Of a stretch of 64,000 nt of DNA, positions 38,336 through 47,109 are shown in pieces. Source of the stretch: an uncultured Chloroflexia bacterium (GTDB lineage: Bacteria; Chloroflexota; Limnocylindria; Limnocylindrales; CSP1-4); the NCBI GenBank assembly GCA_963752475.1, contig CAVVYR010000014.1, positions 32,001 through 96,000 on the forward strand. Reading direction: 5' to 3'. Made by a program: the position numbers and the translations under genes. A model generated the notes under the pieces. That model was not told where the DNA came from, searched no databases, and was given only the letters and a program-made list of their open reading frames with translations. Position 1 is the first letter of the stretch. Each line of letters begins with the position of its first letter.

Positions 38336-40597
38336 TCAGGTGCGGTCGCGCTGGACGGAGTAGACGTCCTTGAGCTGCTCGAGGTGTGCCATGACCCTCG
38401 AAAGCTGAGCTACCGACGAGACCTCGATGGTGGCCTGGACCGTGGCGCGGTGGTCCTTGTGCACGTTCACCGAGGCCGCCACGATGTTGATCCTGTCGTC
38501 GGCCACGACGTTGCTGATCTCACCCAGAAGGCCGGTACGGTCGTAGGCCTCGATGAGGATGGCGATGGGATACGTCTGTTGGGTCGCGGTCTCCCACTCG
38601 ACGTCGATGAGCCGCTCCACGGCCCGCTCGTTGACGACCGTGGGGCAGGTCGCGAGGTGGACGGTGACACCACGACCTCGGGTGATGAAGCCCATGATCG
38701 GATCGCCCGGGATGGGATGGCAGCACTTGCTGAAGCGCACGAGCAGGTCGCCCACGCCACGCACGCTGACGCCACCGGGCTGGCGGGGTGGTGGTGCCAC
38801 CTGGGGCAGCTGCACCTCGTCCACGTCGTCGCTGACGCCAAGCCGCGACACGACCTGCTGCGCGCCGATCTGGCCGTAGCCGACGGCGGCGTAGAAGTCG
38901 TCGAGCGACTTGAGATTGTGGTGGTCGACGAGCTCGTCGAGGATCTCGCTGGGGACCTTGTCGAGCGAGGTGCGGGCGAGGCGGTGCAGCTCGCGGTCGA
39001 GCACCTGCTTGCCGTGAGCGATGTTCTCGTCGCGCTCCTGGTGCTTGAACCATTGGCGGATCTTCTCGCGGGCATGCCGGGTGGTGACGATGGTGAGCCA
39101 ATCGCGCGAGGGTCCGTGGGCCGACTTGGTGGTGACGATCTCGACGATGTCGCCGTTCTTGAGCTTGTAGTCGAGTGGCACGAGGCGGTTGTTGACCTTG
39201 GCGCCGATGCAGGCGTGCCCGACCTCGGTGTGGATGCGGTAGGCGAAGTCCAGCGGCGTGGCCCCAGCCGGCATGTCCTTGACGTCGCCCCGCGGGGTGA
39301 AGACGAAGACCTGGTCCTGGAAGATGTCGAGCTTGACGCCCTCGATGAACTCGGTCGCGTCGCTGACGTCCTGTTGCCACTCCATGAGCTGGCGGACCCA
39401 GGCCAGCTTGGCGTCGTAGGCCCGGTCGGAACGCGAGCCCTCCTTGTAGCGCCAGTGCGCGGCGATGCCGACCTCACTGATGTTGTGCATCTCCTGCGAG
39501 CGGATCTGCACCTCCAGCGGCTTGCCGTCGAGGGCCACGACAGCGGTGTGGAGGCTCTGGTAGCCGTTGTTCTTGGGCATCGCGATGTAGTCGTCGAACT
39601 GCCCTGGGATCGGCCGCCACAGCGAGTGCACGACGCCGAGCGAGGCGTAGCACTCGCGGACGTTCGCCACGAGGACGCGCAGGGCGTGGACGTCGTAGAT
39701 CTCACCGAACTCCGCACTCTTGCGCTGCATCTTCCTGTAGATGCTGAAGATGTGCTTGGGTCGTCCCGAGAGCTCGGCCACGATGTCCGACTCACGCAGC
39801 GCTTCGTCGAGCACCTCCATGGCCCGCTCGACATAGGCCTCGCGCGCCTTGCGATGGCTCTCGAGCTGGCCTGCCAGCTCGCGGTAGGCCTCGGGGTCGA
39901 TGTACTTGAACGACAGGTCCTCGAGCTCCCACTTCATCTGCCAGATGCCCAGGCGCTCGGCCAGCGGCGCGTAGATCTCGGCCGTCTGCTTGGCGATGCG
40001 CAGCTGCTTCTCCGGCGGCAGGGCCGCGAGCGTGCGCATGTTGTGCAGCCGGTCGGCGAGCTTGATGAGGACGACCCGGATGTCCTCGGCCATGGCCAGG
40101 AACATCTTGCGGATGTTCTCCGCCTGCTGCTGCTCGTGGCTCAGGGTGCTGAACTTGCCCAGCTTGGTGACGCCGTCGACGAGTCGGGCGACATCGGCCC
40201 CGAAGCGTTCCTCCACGTCACCGAGCGAGTACTCGGTGTCCTCCGGAACGTCGTGCAGCAGAGCGGCCGAGACGGCTACCGGATCGAGGCCCAGCTCAGC
40301 CAGGATCTTGGCTACAGCCAGCGGATGGGAGACATATGGTTCGCCGCTCACGCGCAGCTGGTCGCCGTGAGCCTCGACCGCGAATGCGAACGACGAGGCA
40401 AGGGGCGAAAGGTCAGCCTGGGGGTATCGCTCGTGCAGCTCCTGCTCGACCTGCACGAGCGTCCGCTGCATGCCCTTGGGCGAGAAGTCCTCCGTCCTGG
40501 AGGGTCGAGCGCTGCGCTTGGCGCGCTGGGGCGCGACCCTACCCACCGTTCCCTTGGGGTCGGTGGTGCCGCGCTTCTCGGTCGGGGGGCTGGTCAT
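38336..40597 (-). CDS. relA: Bifunctional (p)ppGpp synthetase/hydrolase (Rel, RelA/SpoT family)
   Basis: SGEPYVSHP, ALLHDVPEDT (intact HD hydrolase), KLADRLHNMRT, GRPKHIFSI, NGYQSLHT, EVQIR; TGS and ACT domains. Confidence 0.97.
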   Translation of the reverse strand: MTSPPTEKRGTTDPKGTVGRVAPQRAKRSARPSRTEDFSPKGMQRTLVQVEQELHERYPQADLSPLASSFAFAVEAHGDQLRVSGEPYVSHPLAVAKILAELGLDPVAVSAALLHDVPEDTEYSLGDVEERFGADVARLVDGVTKLGKFSTLSHEQQQAENIRKMFLAMAEDIRVVLIKLADRLHNMRTLAALPPEKQLRIAKQTAEIYAPLAERLGIWQMKWELEDLSFKYIDPEAYRELAGQLESHRKAREAYVERAMEVLDEALRESDIVAELSGRPKHIFSIYRKMQRKSAEFGEIYDVHALRVLVANVRECYASLGVVHSLWRPIPGQFDDYIAMPKNNGYQSLHTAVVALDGKPLEVQIRSQEMHNISEVGIAAHWRYKEGSRSDRAYDAKLAWVRQLMEWQQDVSDATEFIEGVKLDIFQDQVFVFTPRGDVKDMPAGATPLDFAYRIHTEVGHACIGAKVNNRLVPLDYKLKNGDIVEIVTTKSAHGPSRDWLTIVTTRHAREKIRQWFKHQERDENIAHGKQVLDRELHRLARTSLDKVPSEILDELVDHHNLKSLDDFYAAVGYGQIGAQQVVSRLGVSDDVDEVQLPQVAPPPRQPGGVSVRGVGDLLVRFSKCCHPIPGDPIMGFITRGRGVTVHLATCPTVVNERAVERLIDVEWETATQQTYPIAILIEAYDRTGLLGEISNVVADDRINIVAASVNVHKDHRATVQATIEVSSVAQLSRVMAHLEQLKDVYSVQRDRT

Positions 40598-40605
40598 CTG
40601 CTCCG

Positions 40606-40611
40606 AGTGTA
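40606..40611 (-). promoter_or_regulatory. Putative -10 box (TACACT) of a near-leaderless rel transcript
   Basis: TACACT lies 8 nt upstream of ATG 40597. Confidence 0.55.
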
Positions 40612-40708
40612 GCGAACGCGCGCACGAAGCCCGTACGCCTTGTTGGCCTCAAGGCAGCGTGGACCAGTCAGTGCGTGGGCACGGCTGCCGAACGATGTGA
40701 GTCGCCGG

Positions 40709-41344
40709 TCAGCTCTCGCTGTCGGTCTCGCCTTGCTCGGCCGCGGCGGAGAGCACGCGCACAGCCTCCTCCGCAAGTGCCCCGTCCGCAGCCACGAGCA
40801 CCCAGACGACATCGCCGGCGGCGAACAGGTTCAACAACGGGAAGCCGGGCCTGGCGTCGTCGCTGACGAGCATGACGCTGCGCCCAGCGATGGACTCTTC
40901 GACGAAGCGGGGCCGCTCCGTGTTGAGGCCCAGGATCTCGAGCCACACGTCGACGGTGAGCTCGGCATCGATGCCGTCGACACGGTGTGCCTGGACGACC
41001 ACGACCTCCGTGTCGGAGATGGGCAGATAGGCGTTCGCCGCGGCGTAGTCTCCGAGCGTCTTACCCTGGACCGCGAGCATCTCCTCGAACACGGCGCGTT
41101 CGTCGTCCGACATGCTCGCGGCGAGCTCCTCGCCGGTGGCGGTCGTCAGTTCCTCTCGCAGCGGGATGCCGGCGAGCTGCTCGGGTACCAGGGCCCGCAA
41201 CTCCTCGATGTGCGCGTCCGCTGTATCGGGGACAGCCGTCGGAGCGGGCGAGGTCTCGGCCTCTTCCCGTGCCAGCACGGCCGCCGACGGCAGCACAAGG
41301 GCGAGCGCGACCACCAGGGCCGCCAGAGGCTGGAGCCGGGTCAA
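40709..41344 (-). CDS. Hypothetical secreted acidic protein (paralog of the next gene)
   Basis: Signal peptide (VLA-RE); shares P..(L/I).G..L, AGR.V and (A)GD.VW motifs with 41372..41950. Confidence 0.75.
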   Translation of the reverse strand: MTRLQPLAALVVALALVLPSAAVLAREEAETSPAPTAVPDTADAHIEELRALVPEQLAGIPLREELTTATGEELAASMSDDERAVFEEMLAVQGKTLGDYAAANAYLPISDTEVVVVQAHRVDGIDAELTVDVWLEILGLNTERPRFVEESIAGRSVMLVSDDARPGFPLLNLFAAGDVVWVLVAADGALAEEAVRVLSAAAEQGETDSES

Positions 41345-41371
41345 GCGCTCAAACCCAGGTGCCAGCCACGT

Positions 41372-41950
41372 TCATGGGAGCTGGGAGATGGCCTCTGCCT
41401 GCAGCTCGGGACTGGACGCGACGACGAACCACACGGTATCGCCTGATGCATAGATATCGATGGCGGAGCCCGGCTCGTCGGGAACGGTGATCCGCGTCAC
41501 TGCTCGCCCGGCGACCTCAGCCTCAGCAACCTCTGTCCCTTCGTCGGCGTCGGCGGTCCACATCTCGACCATCAACGCCTCACCCACCTCCGGCTCCATG
41601 CCCGGGATCTGGAAGGCGATGACCCAGGCTCCCTGCGCCTCCTCCTCGAAGAGGTCATCGAAGGTCATGGCCTGGCCGACCAGCACATCCTCGAGCCCGA
41701 TGCCGAGATCTCCCATCAAGGCGTCGAGCTCCGGGGTCGACTCGAAGTCATCGGAGGTGCCGGTGATGACCTCGATCCGGCCGGCGAGCGCGACTCCGCC
41801 GATCTCCGCGGGGAAGAGGTCGACGAAGGCCTGCGCCTCCGGCGAGAGCGCGACCTCCGGTGCGGCCGACTCCTCCTGCGCCAGCGCCGTACCCGTGGGC
41901 ACCAGCAGCGCAGCGGCCATGAGCAGTGAAACGATCCTTGCGAGCTTCAT
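41372..41950 (-). CDS. Hypothetical secreted acidic protein
   Basis: Strong SD GGAGGAGG, signal peptide ending ALA-QE, very D/E-rich mature part. Confidence 0.8.
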   Translation of the reverse strand: MKLARIVSLLMAAALLVPTGTALAQEESAAPEVALSPEAQAFVDLFPAEIGGVALAGRIEVITGTSDDFESTPELDALMGDLGIGLEDVLVGQAMTFDDLFEEEAQGAWVIAFQIPGMEPEVGEALMVEMWTADADEGTEVAEAEVAGRAVTRITVPDEPGSAIDIYASGDTVWFVVASSPELQAEAISQLP

Positions 41951-42081
41951 CGCCTCCTCCAGTCCTCTGTTGGTGGCGAAAGTCTACGCCTGTCCGACGA
42001 TATCGAGAACGCAACATCGACCGAATCGGGACGCAACCGGGAAGTGAGCGCAAGCCCGCGATACGGGTGTACGGTGCGACC

Positions 42082-43425
42082 GTGATGCCGTGGCGTTCCG
42101 CCTTCCGCGAGAAGGTGAAGACTCTCTCTGTCCTGGCCGTGCTCTCGATGAGCGCCATCGTCTCGTGTACGACCGTGGCCTCCTCCGGAACCGCCACGCC
42201 GCCCGACGCGGTGGCCGTGGAGCTTGTCGCGGCCTCGTCGGTGCCCGCACCCAGCCACACGCCGCTGGTCACGCCGAGCCCCTCGCCCACGGCTTCGCCG
42301 GTGCTGACCTCCAGCCCCACGTTGGAGGCGGAGCCGGCGCTGGAGGACGCGACCGAAGAGCCGACGCTCGACGAGAGGACCACGGCCAAGCTGCAGAGGA
42401 TCCTCGACAACCAGGTGGCCAACAAGGACGTGGCGGGCCTGCAGGCGGCGGTTCGGCTGCCATCCGGGAAGACGTGGCTGGGAAGCGCCGGCAACGCCGA
42501 GTTCAGCCCGGATCGCGCCCTCGATGACGACGACCAGATGGCCATCGCCAGCGTGACCAAGACCTTCATGGCGGCGCTCATCCTGCAGCTCGCCGAAGAG
42601 GGCAAGATCGATCTCGACGCCACCTTCGGCACCTACTTCCGCGACGCTCCCCGCAAGGACACGGTCACGGTCCGGCAGCTGCTCAGCCACACCAGCGGCA
42701 TCTACAACTACTGGAGCAACCCACGCTACGGCGAGATCACCAAGGCCTGGTGGCAGAACCCTGCGGCCGGCGGCGACAAGGCGCGCTCGAAGCGATGGAC
42801 GTACGAGGAGATGATGGAGCTCGTGCGCAGCGGTGAGTTCAAGCCGGGCAAGGACTACGGGTACTCCAACACCAACTACCTCATCCTGCGCATGGTGGCC
42901 GAAGCGGTGGAGGGCAAGCCCATCCACAGGCAGCTCAAGGAACGCTTCTTCGAGCCGCTCGGCCTCGACGACACCATCTACCAGCCGGCCCAGAAGCCAC
43001 GCGCGGATGCCGCCCACGGGCACTGGGAATGGTCTGGCAATCACAACGACCACACCAAGGCCTCGCGCTACATCCCGTTCATGGCCGCCGCCAGCATCGC
43101 CGATGGCGCCGGCGCCATGGCCTCCACGGCACGAGACCTGTCGGCATGGGCTTCGGCGCTCTACGGTGGTGAGGTGCTCTCCGATGGCTCGCTCGCGGAG
43201 ATGACCACGTTCCTCGCACCCGGCTACTACGGTCTCGGTGCCTATCCCAAGGTCTACGCAGGCAACCGCGGCGTCGGGCATCGGGGCGGCATCCGTGGCT
43301 ACGAGTCGACGATGTTCCACTTCCCGGAGAGTGGCGTCACGATCGTGCTGCTCTCCAACCAGGGCAACTGGGGTGTGGACGCGCCCATGGAGAAGCTGGT
43401 GAAGGCGGTGCTGGGCCAGGCTTAG
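42082..43425 (+). CDS. Serine hydrolase, beta-lactamase/D-Ala-D-Ala carboxypeptidase (R61-like) family, probably exported/lipoprotein
   Basis: IASVTK (SxxK), LLSHTSG, YSNTNY (YxN), GHRGG; IVSC possible lipobox and a P/S/T linker; TACGGT -10 box 6 nt before GTG 42082. Confidence 0.88.
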   Translation: MMPWRSAFREKVKTLSVLAVLSMSAIVSCTTVASSGTATPPDAVAVELVAASSVPAPSHTPLVTPSPSPTASPVLTSSPTLEAEPALEDATEEPTLDERTTAKLQRILDNQVANKDVAGLQAAVRLPSGKTWLGSAGNAEFSPDRALDDDDQMAIASVTKTFMAALILQLAEEGKIDLDATFGTYFRDAPRKDTVTVRQLLSHTSGIYNYWSNPRYGEITKAWWQNPAAGGDKARSKRWTYEEMMELVRSGEFKPGKDYGYSNTNYLILRMVAEAVEGKPIHRQLKERFFEPLGLDDTIYQPAQKPRADAAHGHWEWSGNHNDHTKASRYIPFMAAASIADGAGAMASTARDLSAWASALYGGEVLSDGSLAEMTTFLAPGYYGLGAYPKVYAGNRGVGHRGGIRGYESTMFHFPESGVTIVLLSNQGNWGVDAPMEKLVKAVLGQA

Positions 43426-44996
43426 CGGGCGATCGCGCGCAGCGCCTCGCGGGCGGCGGCCTCCTCATCCCAGGGCAGCTCGCCCGCTGCCGTCTCGATG
43501 GTCTTCTCGTGACCCTTGCCGGCCAGCAGCACAGCATCGCCGGGGCGGGCGCGGCGCATGGCCTCGGCGATGGCCTCGGCTCGGTCGGGGATCACCAGCA
43601 GATCATCGCCACGCTGCTTGCCGGCCGCCTCCGCGCCCTGTGCGATGGCGTCGAGGATGGCCTCGCGGTCTTCGCTCCGCGGGTCCTCGTCGGTGACGAT
43701 GACGAGGCGAGCGCGCTCCCCTGCCACGCGCCCCATCGGCTCACGTTTGGTGGGGTCGCGATCCCCGGCCGAGCCGAAGACGGCGACGAGCCCGGTATCA
43801 GGATCGGTCGGTGCCAACTCGTCGAGCACCTTGGCCAGCGACTCGGCGGTGTGAGCGTAGTCGATGACGACGCTGAAGCCCTGGCCCTCGTCGACGCGCT
43901 GCATCCGTCCGGGCACCGCCGGGAGGTCGGCCAGCGCTCTCGCTGCCGCATCGGGGTCGAGGCCCAGCGCCAGGGCTACGCCCATGGCCGCGAGCGCGTT
44001 GGCCACGTTGAAGCGCCCGGCCAGCCGCAGCGGCACCGTGCCCTGCCAGTCGGACGTGCGCATCTCGACGCGCATCCCCGACGGCGTCTCGGCGAGGCCG
44101 ACGGCAGAGAGGTCGAGCTCGGTCCGGTCATGTGGAGCCAGGCCACGGCCGAGGCCGTAGCGGATGACGGCGGCGCCGGCCTCGGTCGCCACCGCGGCGC
44201 ACGATTCACCCTCCGGGTCGTCAGCGTTGACGACCGCGTGCTTCCCGAAGCCCTTTTCCGGGTTCTCCTCGTCCACGGCCAAGCGTGAGAAGAGACTGCG
44301 CTTGGCGGCCTTGTAGGCGTCGAGCGTGCGATGGAACTCCAGGTGTTCCGAGGTGATGTTCGTGAGGACGGCCACGTCATACGCCGTGCCGCGTACCCGT
44401 TGCTGCGCCAGCCCGTGCGAGGTCGACTCGACGACGGCCCAGCGATCGCCGGCGGCGTGCATGGCCGCGAGGTAGCCCTGGAGCTCCGGCGCTTCGGGCG
44501 TGCTCGTGCGCGCTTCGTTGCCGAGGCTGCGGCCCGCGACGATGACGTCGGTGGTGCCGAGCAGGCCAGTGGGGCGACCGGCGCTCTCGAGCAGGGCGCG
44601 GACGAGGTAGGCCGTGGTGGTCTTGCCGTCGGTGCCGGTGATGCCCACGATCCCCAGGTCGTGTGACGGGTCTCCGGCACGCCAGGAGGCGGCGACGCCC
44701 AGCGCCACCTTGGCGTCACAGGCCACCAGCTCGGGAACGGTGATGCGGGGCACGGGTCGCTCGACGATGACCGCCGCCGCCCCGGCGTCCACGGCGCCTG
44801 GGACATGGTCGTGGCCGTCGGTGTGCTGTCCGCGGCGGGCGACGAACAGATCGCCCGGTGCGATCAGCCGCGAGTCGTAGCGGACCGCGCTGATGGCCGG
44901 GTCTGCCTCGGCGTGATGGGCCGGTAGCGGCTCCGAGGCGAGCAGGCCGCGGCGGTGCAGCAGGGCCCCGAGCTGCGACAGGCGTGGCTCAGTCAC
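43422..44996 (-). CDS. murE: UDP-N-acetylmuramoyl-tripeptide synthetase MurE
   Basis: YDSR, GITGTDGKTTT, TSTPE, ESTSHGL, EHLEFH, GRFNVAN, VPGRM, DYAHT, TDEDPR, AGKGHE. Confidence 0.95.
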   Translation of the reverse strand: MTEPRLSQLGALLHRRGLLASEPLPAHHAEADPAISAVRYDSRLIAPGDLFVARRGQHTDGHDHVPGAVDAGAAAVIVERPVPRITVPELVACDAKVALGVAASWRAGDPSHDLGIVGITGTDGKTTTAYLVRALLESAGRPTGLLGTTDVIVAGRSLGNEARTSTPEAPELQGYLAAMHAAGDRWAVVESTSHGLAQQRVRGTAYDVAVLTNITSEHLEFHRTLDAYKAAKRSLFSRLAVDEENPEKGFGKHAVVNADDPEGESCAAVATEAGAAVIRYGLGRGLAPHDRTELDLSAVGLAETPSGMRVEMRTSDWQGTVPLRLAGRFNVANALAAMGVALALGLDPDAAARALADLPAVPGRMQRVDEGQGFSVVIDYAHTAESLAKVLDELAPTDPDTGLVAVFGSAGDRDPTKREPMGRVAGERARLVIVTDEDPRSEDREAILDAIAQGAEAAGKQRGDDLLVIPDRAEAIAEAMRRARPGDAVLLAGKGHEKTIETAAGELPWDEEAAAREALRAIAR

Positions 44997-46038
44997 CGGT
45001 CGGCGCCGGCGCCAGGGGCGTATCGGGGTCGAGGCCGCTGCGACGTCGCGCCAGCCTGACCCAGGCCCGCCGGCCACGCTGATACAGCCCGCGGACCGGG
45101 GCGTTCAGCACGAGATCGAAGGTGCCGCCGTACTCGACGACCCGACCGCCGAAGCCGGCCTTGAAGTGCGCGATGCCCTTCGTCGACCGGCCCCACATGT
45201 CGAAGATCGAGGCCCCTGCAGCCTGGCAGCGAAGGATGGCCTCCCACTCGAAGAAGTGGCCGGCGCGGGCCTTGCCACCGGCCTCGTTGAGACCACCGTA
45301 GAGCTGGGACATGCGGTCACCGCTGGTCACGATCATCTTGCTCGAGACCGCGGTGCCGTCGGCGAGGTAGCCGATGAGGATGCGGGCGTCCCCGGTCTTC
45401 GCGAAGGCTCGGTAGACGTCTGCGTAAGCCTCGATGGCACGTGGGATGAAGCCGCTGCGCCGGGCGGTCTCAGAGAGGATCTCGTAGAAGTCCTCCATCG
45501 CCTCTTCGCCGTGCTCCTTCACGTAGGCGCCCTTCTTGCGAGCGCCGTTCGTGTATCGGCGGCTGGACTTGTAGACGTCGTGCCAGAGCTCCTCCTCGGT
45601 CAGCGAGAGGTCGATGACCTGGGTCGAGGTCAGCTGCACGACATCGGCCTCCACCCAGCCGGCAGTCGCGAAGAGCGGGTGGTGGTCGGCGCCCTCGAGG
45701 CCGGGGTCGGCGGTGACGTGGGTCAGCCGCCTGGAGCGGGCGAACTCACGCAGGGCCTGCGTCCAGGCATCGAGGCTGGCCTGGTCGAACACGCTCGCGA
45801 CCGGGCCGCGCGGGGCGTAGGCCATGGCGAAGGGTCCGGGGCCCAGGCTGCGCGTGAGGAGCTGGCCGCCGATCGGCCCGGAGCCTCCGTCGGCCACCAC
45901 GCGCGCGCTGCCCCAGCCGTACGGTGCCTTGGCCGCGGCCCAGGCGCTCATCTGCAGCGGGAAATCGGTGTCCGAACCACCGACGAACGCATCCCAGGCG
46001 TGGTCGTCGGCACGCAGCGTCTCGAGGTCGGCGGTCAT
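44989..46038 (-). CDS. FemABX-family aminoacyltransferase
   Basis: LQMSAWAAAK, YAPRGPV, IDLSLTEEEL, ETARRSGF, LYGG, FDMWG, HFKAGFGG. Confidence 0.9.
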   Translation of the reverse strand: MTADLETLRADDHAWDAFVGGSDTDFPLQMSAWAAAKAPYGWGSARVVADGGSGPIGGQLLTRSLGPGPFAMAYAPRGPVASVFDQASLDAWTQALREFARSRRLTHVTADPGLEGADHHPLFATAGWVEADVVQLTSTQVIDLSLTEEELWHDVYKSSRRYTNGARKKGAYVKEHGEEAMEDFYEILSETARRSGFIPRAIEAYADVYRAFAKTGDARILIGYLADGTAVSSKMIVTSGDRMSQLYGGLNEAGGKARAGHFFEWEAILRCQAAGASIFDMWGRSTKGIAHFKAGFGGRVVEYGGTFDLVLNAPVRGLYQRGRRAWVRLARRRSGLDPDTPLAPAPTGD

Positions 46039-46042
46039 GGCG

Positions 46043-47092
46043 CTATCTTCGCATCCTCCGTAGGCCGTCGATCACCCGGCGCCTGATGCTGGCCATCCGC
46101 TCGGCACCAGTGCGCAACACGATGTGTCGGGCGGGTTCGCGCTCGACCCAACCGGCACCAAAGCCGCGCTTGTGCTCGTACAGGCCGCGGTTGGGGTCGC
46201 CCGTCCTGGGCGGTCCACGGTGACCCGGAAGGTCCACGCCGCCGAGCTCGATGGCTGGGCAACCCTCAGCATGTGCGCCACGGATGGCGGTCCAGCGCAC
46301 GAGATGCATCGCGCCGGGCAGCTCGCGGCGCATCGACGCATCGTCGGCCGAGTAGGCCGTGGACCAGATGCCGCCCTGGCGGAAGAGGAACAAGCCGCCG
46401 ATGAGCTCGCCGCCGTGCTCGGCCAGCAGCAGCCGACCCAGGTCCGCCTCGATGAGCCGGCGCCAGGCCTCGGTGAAGCCGGTCCCGGCCTGGAGCTGCA
46501 TGCCTACGACATCGGCTCGCTCGTGGAGCAGCTCGGCGAATGCGGTCATCCGCTCCGGGTCGGCGGACTCGGTCACCGTGACGCCGGCCCTCTCGGCTGC
46601 TCGGATGCGCTGGCGCGTGGACTTGCTGAACGAGCGCAGCAGGGCTTCATCGTCGAGGTCGGGCTCGAAGTCGCGTCGCATGACGTGGATCGACGGCTCC
46701 AGGTCGTCAACGATGGCGAAACCGGCGGCATCCATGGCCCGGGCGTAGTCGGGGTCGGCCGGACGCTCTGGGTCCAGGTAGAGCGTGCGCGCTCCGACCT
46801 CGCGGGCCCAGGTCGCCAGCGCGGCGGCGCGAGCGGCTGAGACGTCGGCGCGCTCGTGGTCGTGGGCGGGCCCTCGTCTGAGCACGGCCTCGGAGCCGGG
46901 CAGGCCCCTGGACGAGCGGAGCAACACCAGCGCCACACGCCGGTCGTCGAAGGTCAGGAAATGAGGTTCCCAGCCCTGCTCCGCTCGGTATCGGCCCCAG
47001 GTTGCCGACTGCATCACGTGGCCGCCGGGGACGGCGACGGCGCGAGCGTCCCAGTCCGCCGCCGGCGTGGGGCTGTCAGCGGTGATGCGCAT
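46043..47092 (-). CDS. FemABX-family aminoacyltransferase
   Basis: GHVMQSATWG..R..QGW, FSKSTRQRIRAAERAGV, HLVRW, ELGGVD, GLYEHKRGFG; start at ATG 47092 (or GTG 47113). Confidence 0.85.
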   Translation of the reverse strand: MRITADSPTPAADWDARAVAVPGGHVMQSATWGRYRAEQGWEPHFLTFDDRRVALVLLRSSRGLPGSEAVLRRGPAHDHERADVSAARAAALATWAREVGARTLYLDPERPADPDYARAMDAAGFAIVDDLEPSIHVMRRDFEPDLDDEALLRSFSKSTRQRIRAAERAGVTVTESADPERMTAFAELLHERADVVGMQLQAGTGFTEAWRRLIEADLGRLLLAEHGGELIGGLFLFRQGGIWSTAYSADDASMRRELPGAMHLVRWTAIRGAHAEGCPAIELGGVDLPGHRGPPRTGDPNRGLYEHKRGFGAGWVEREPARHIVLRTGAERMASIRRRVIDGLRRMRR

Positions 47093-47109
47093 GGCCGGTC
47101 GGGCGGCGC

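Noticed and set aside
38384-40612. Very long antisense ORFs (742 aa opposite relA; also 59203..61695, 13524..14912, 18..812 and others)
   Set aside because: These are shadow frames caused by high GC3 codon bias on the coding strand; they have no motifs or RBS and overlap clear genes.
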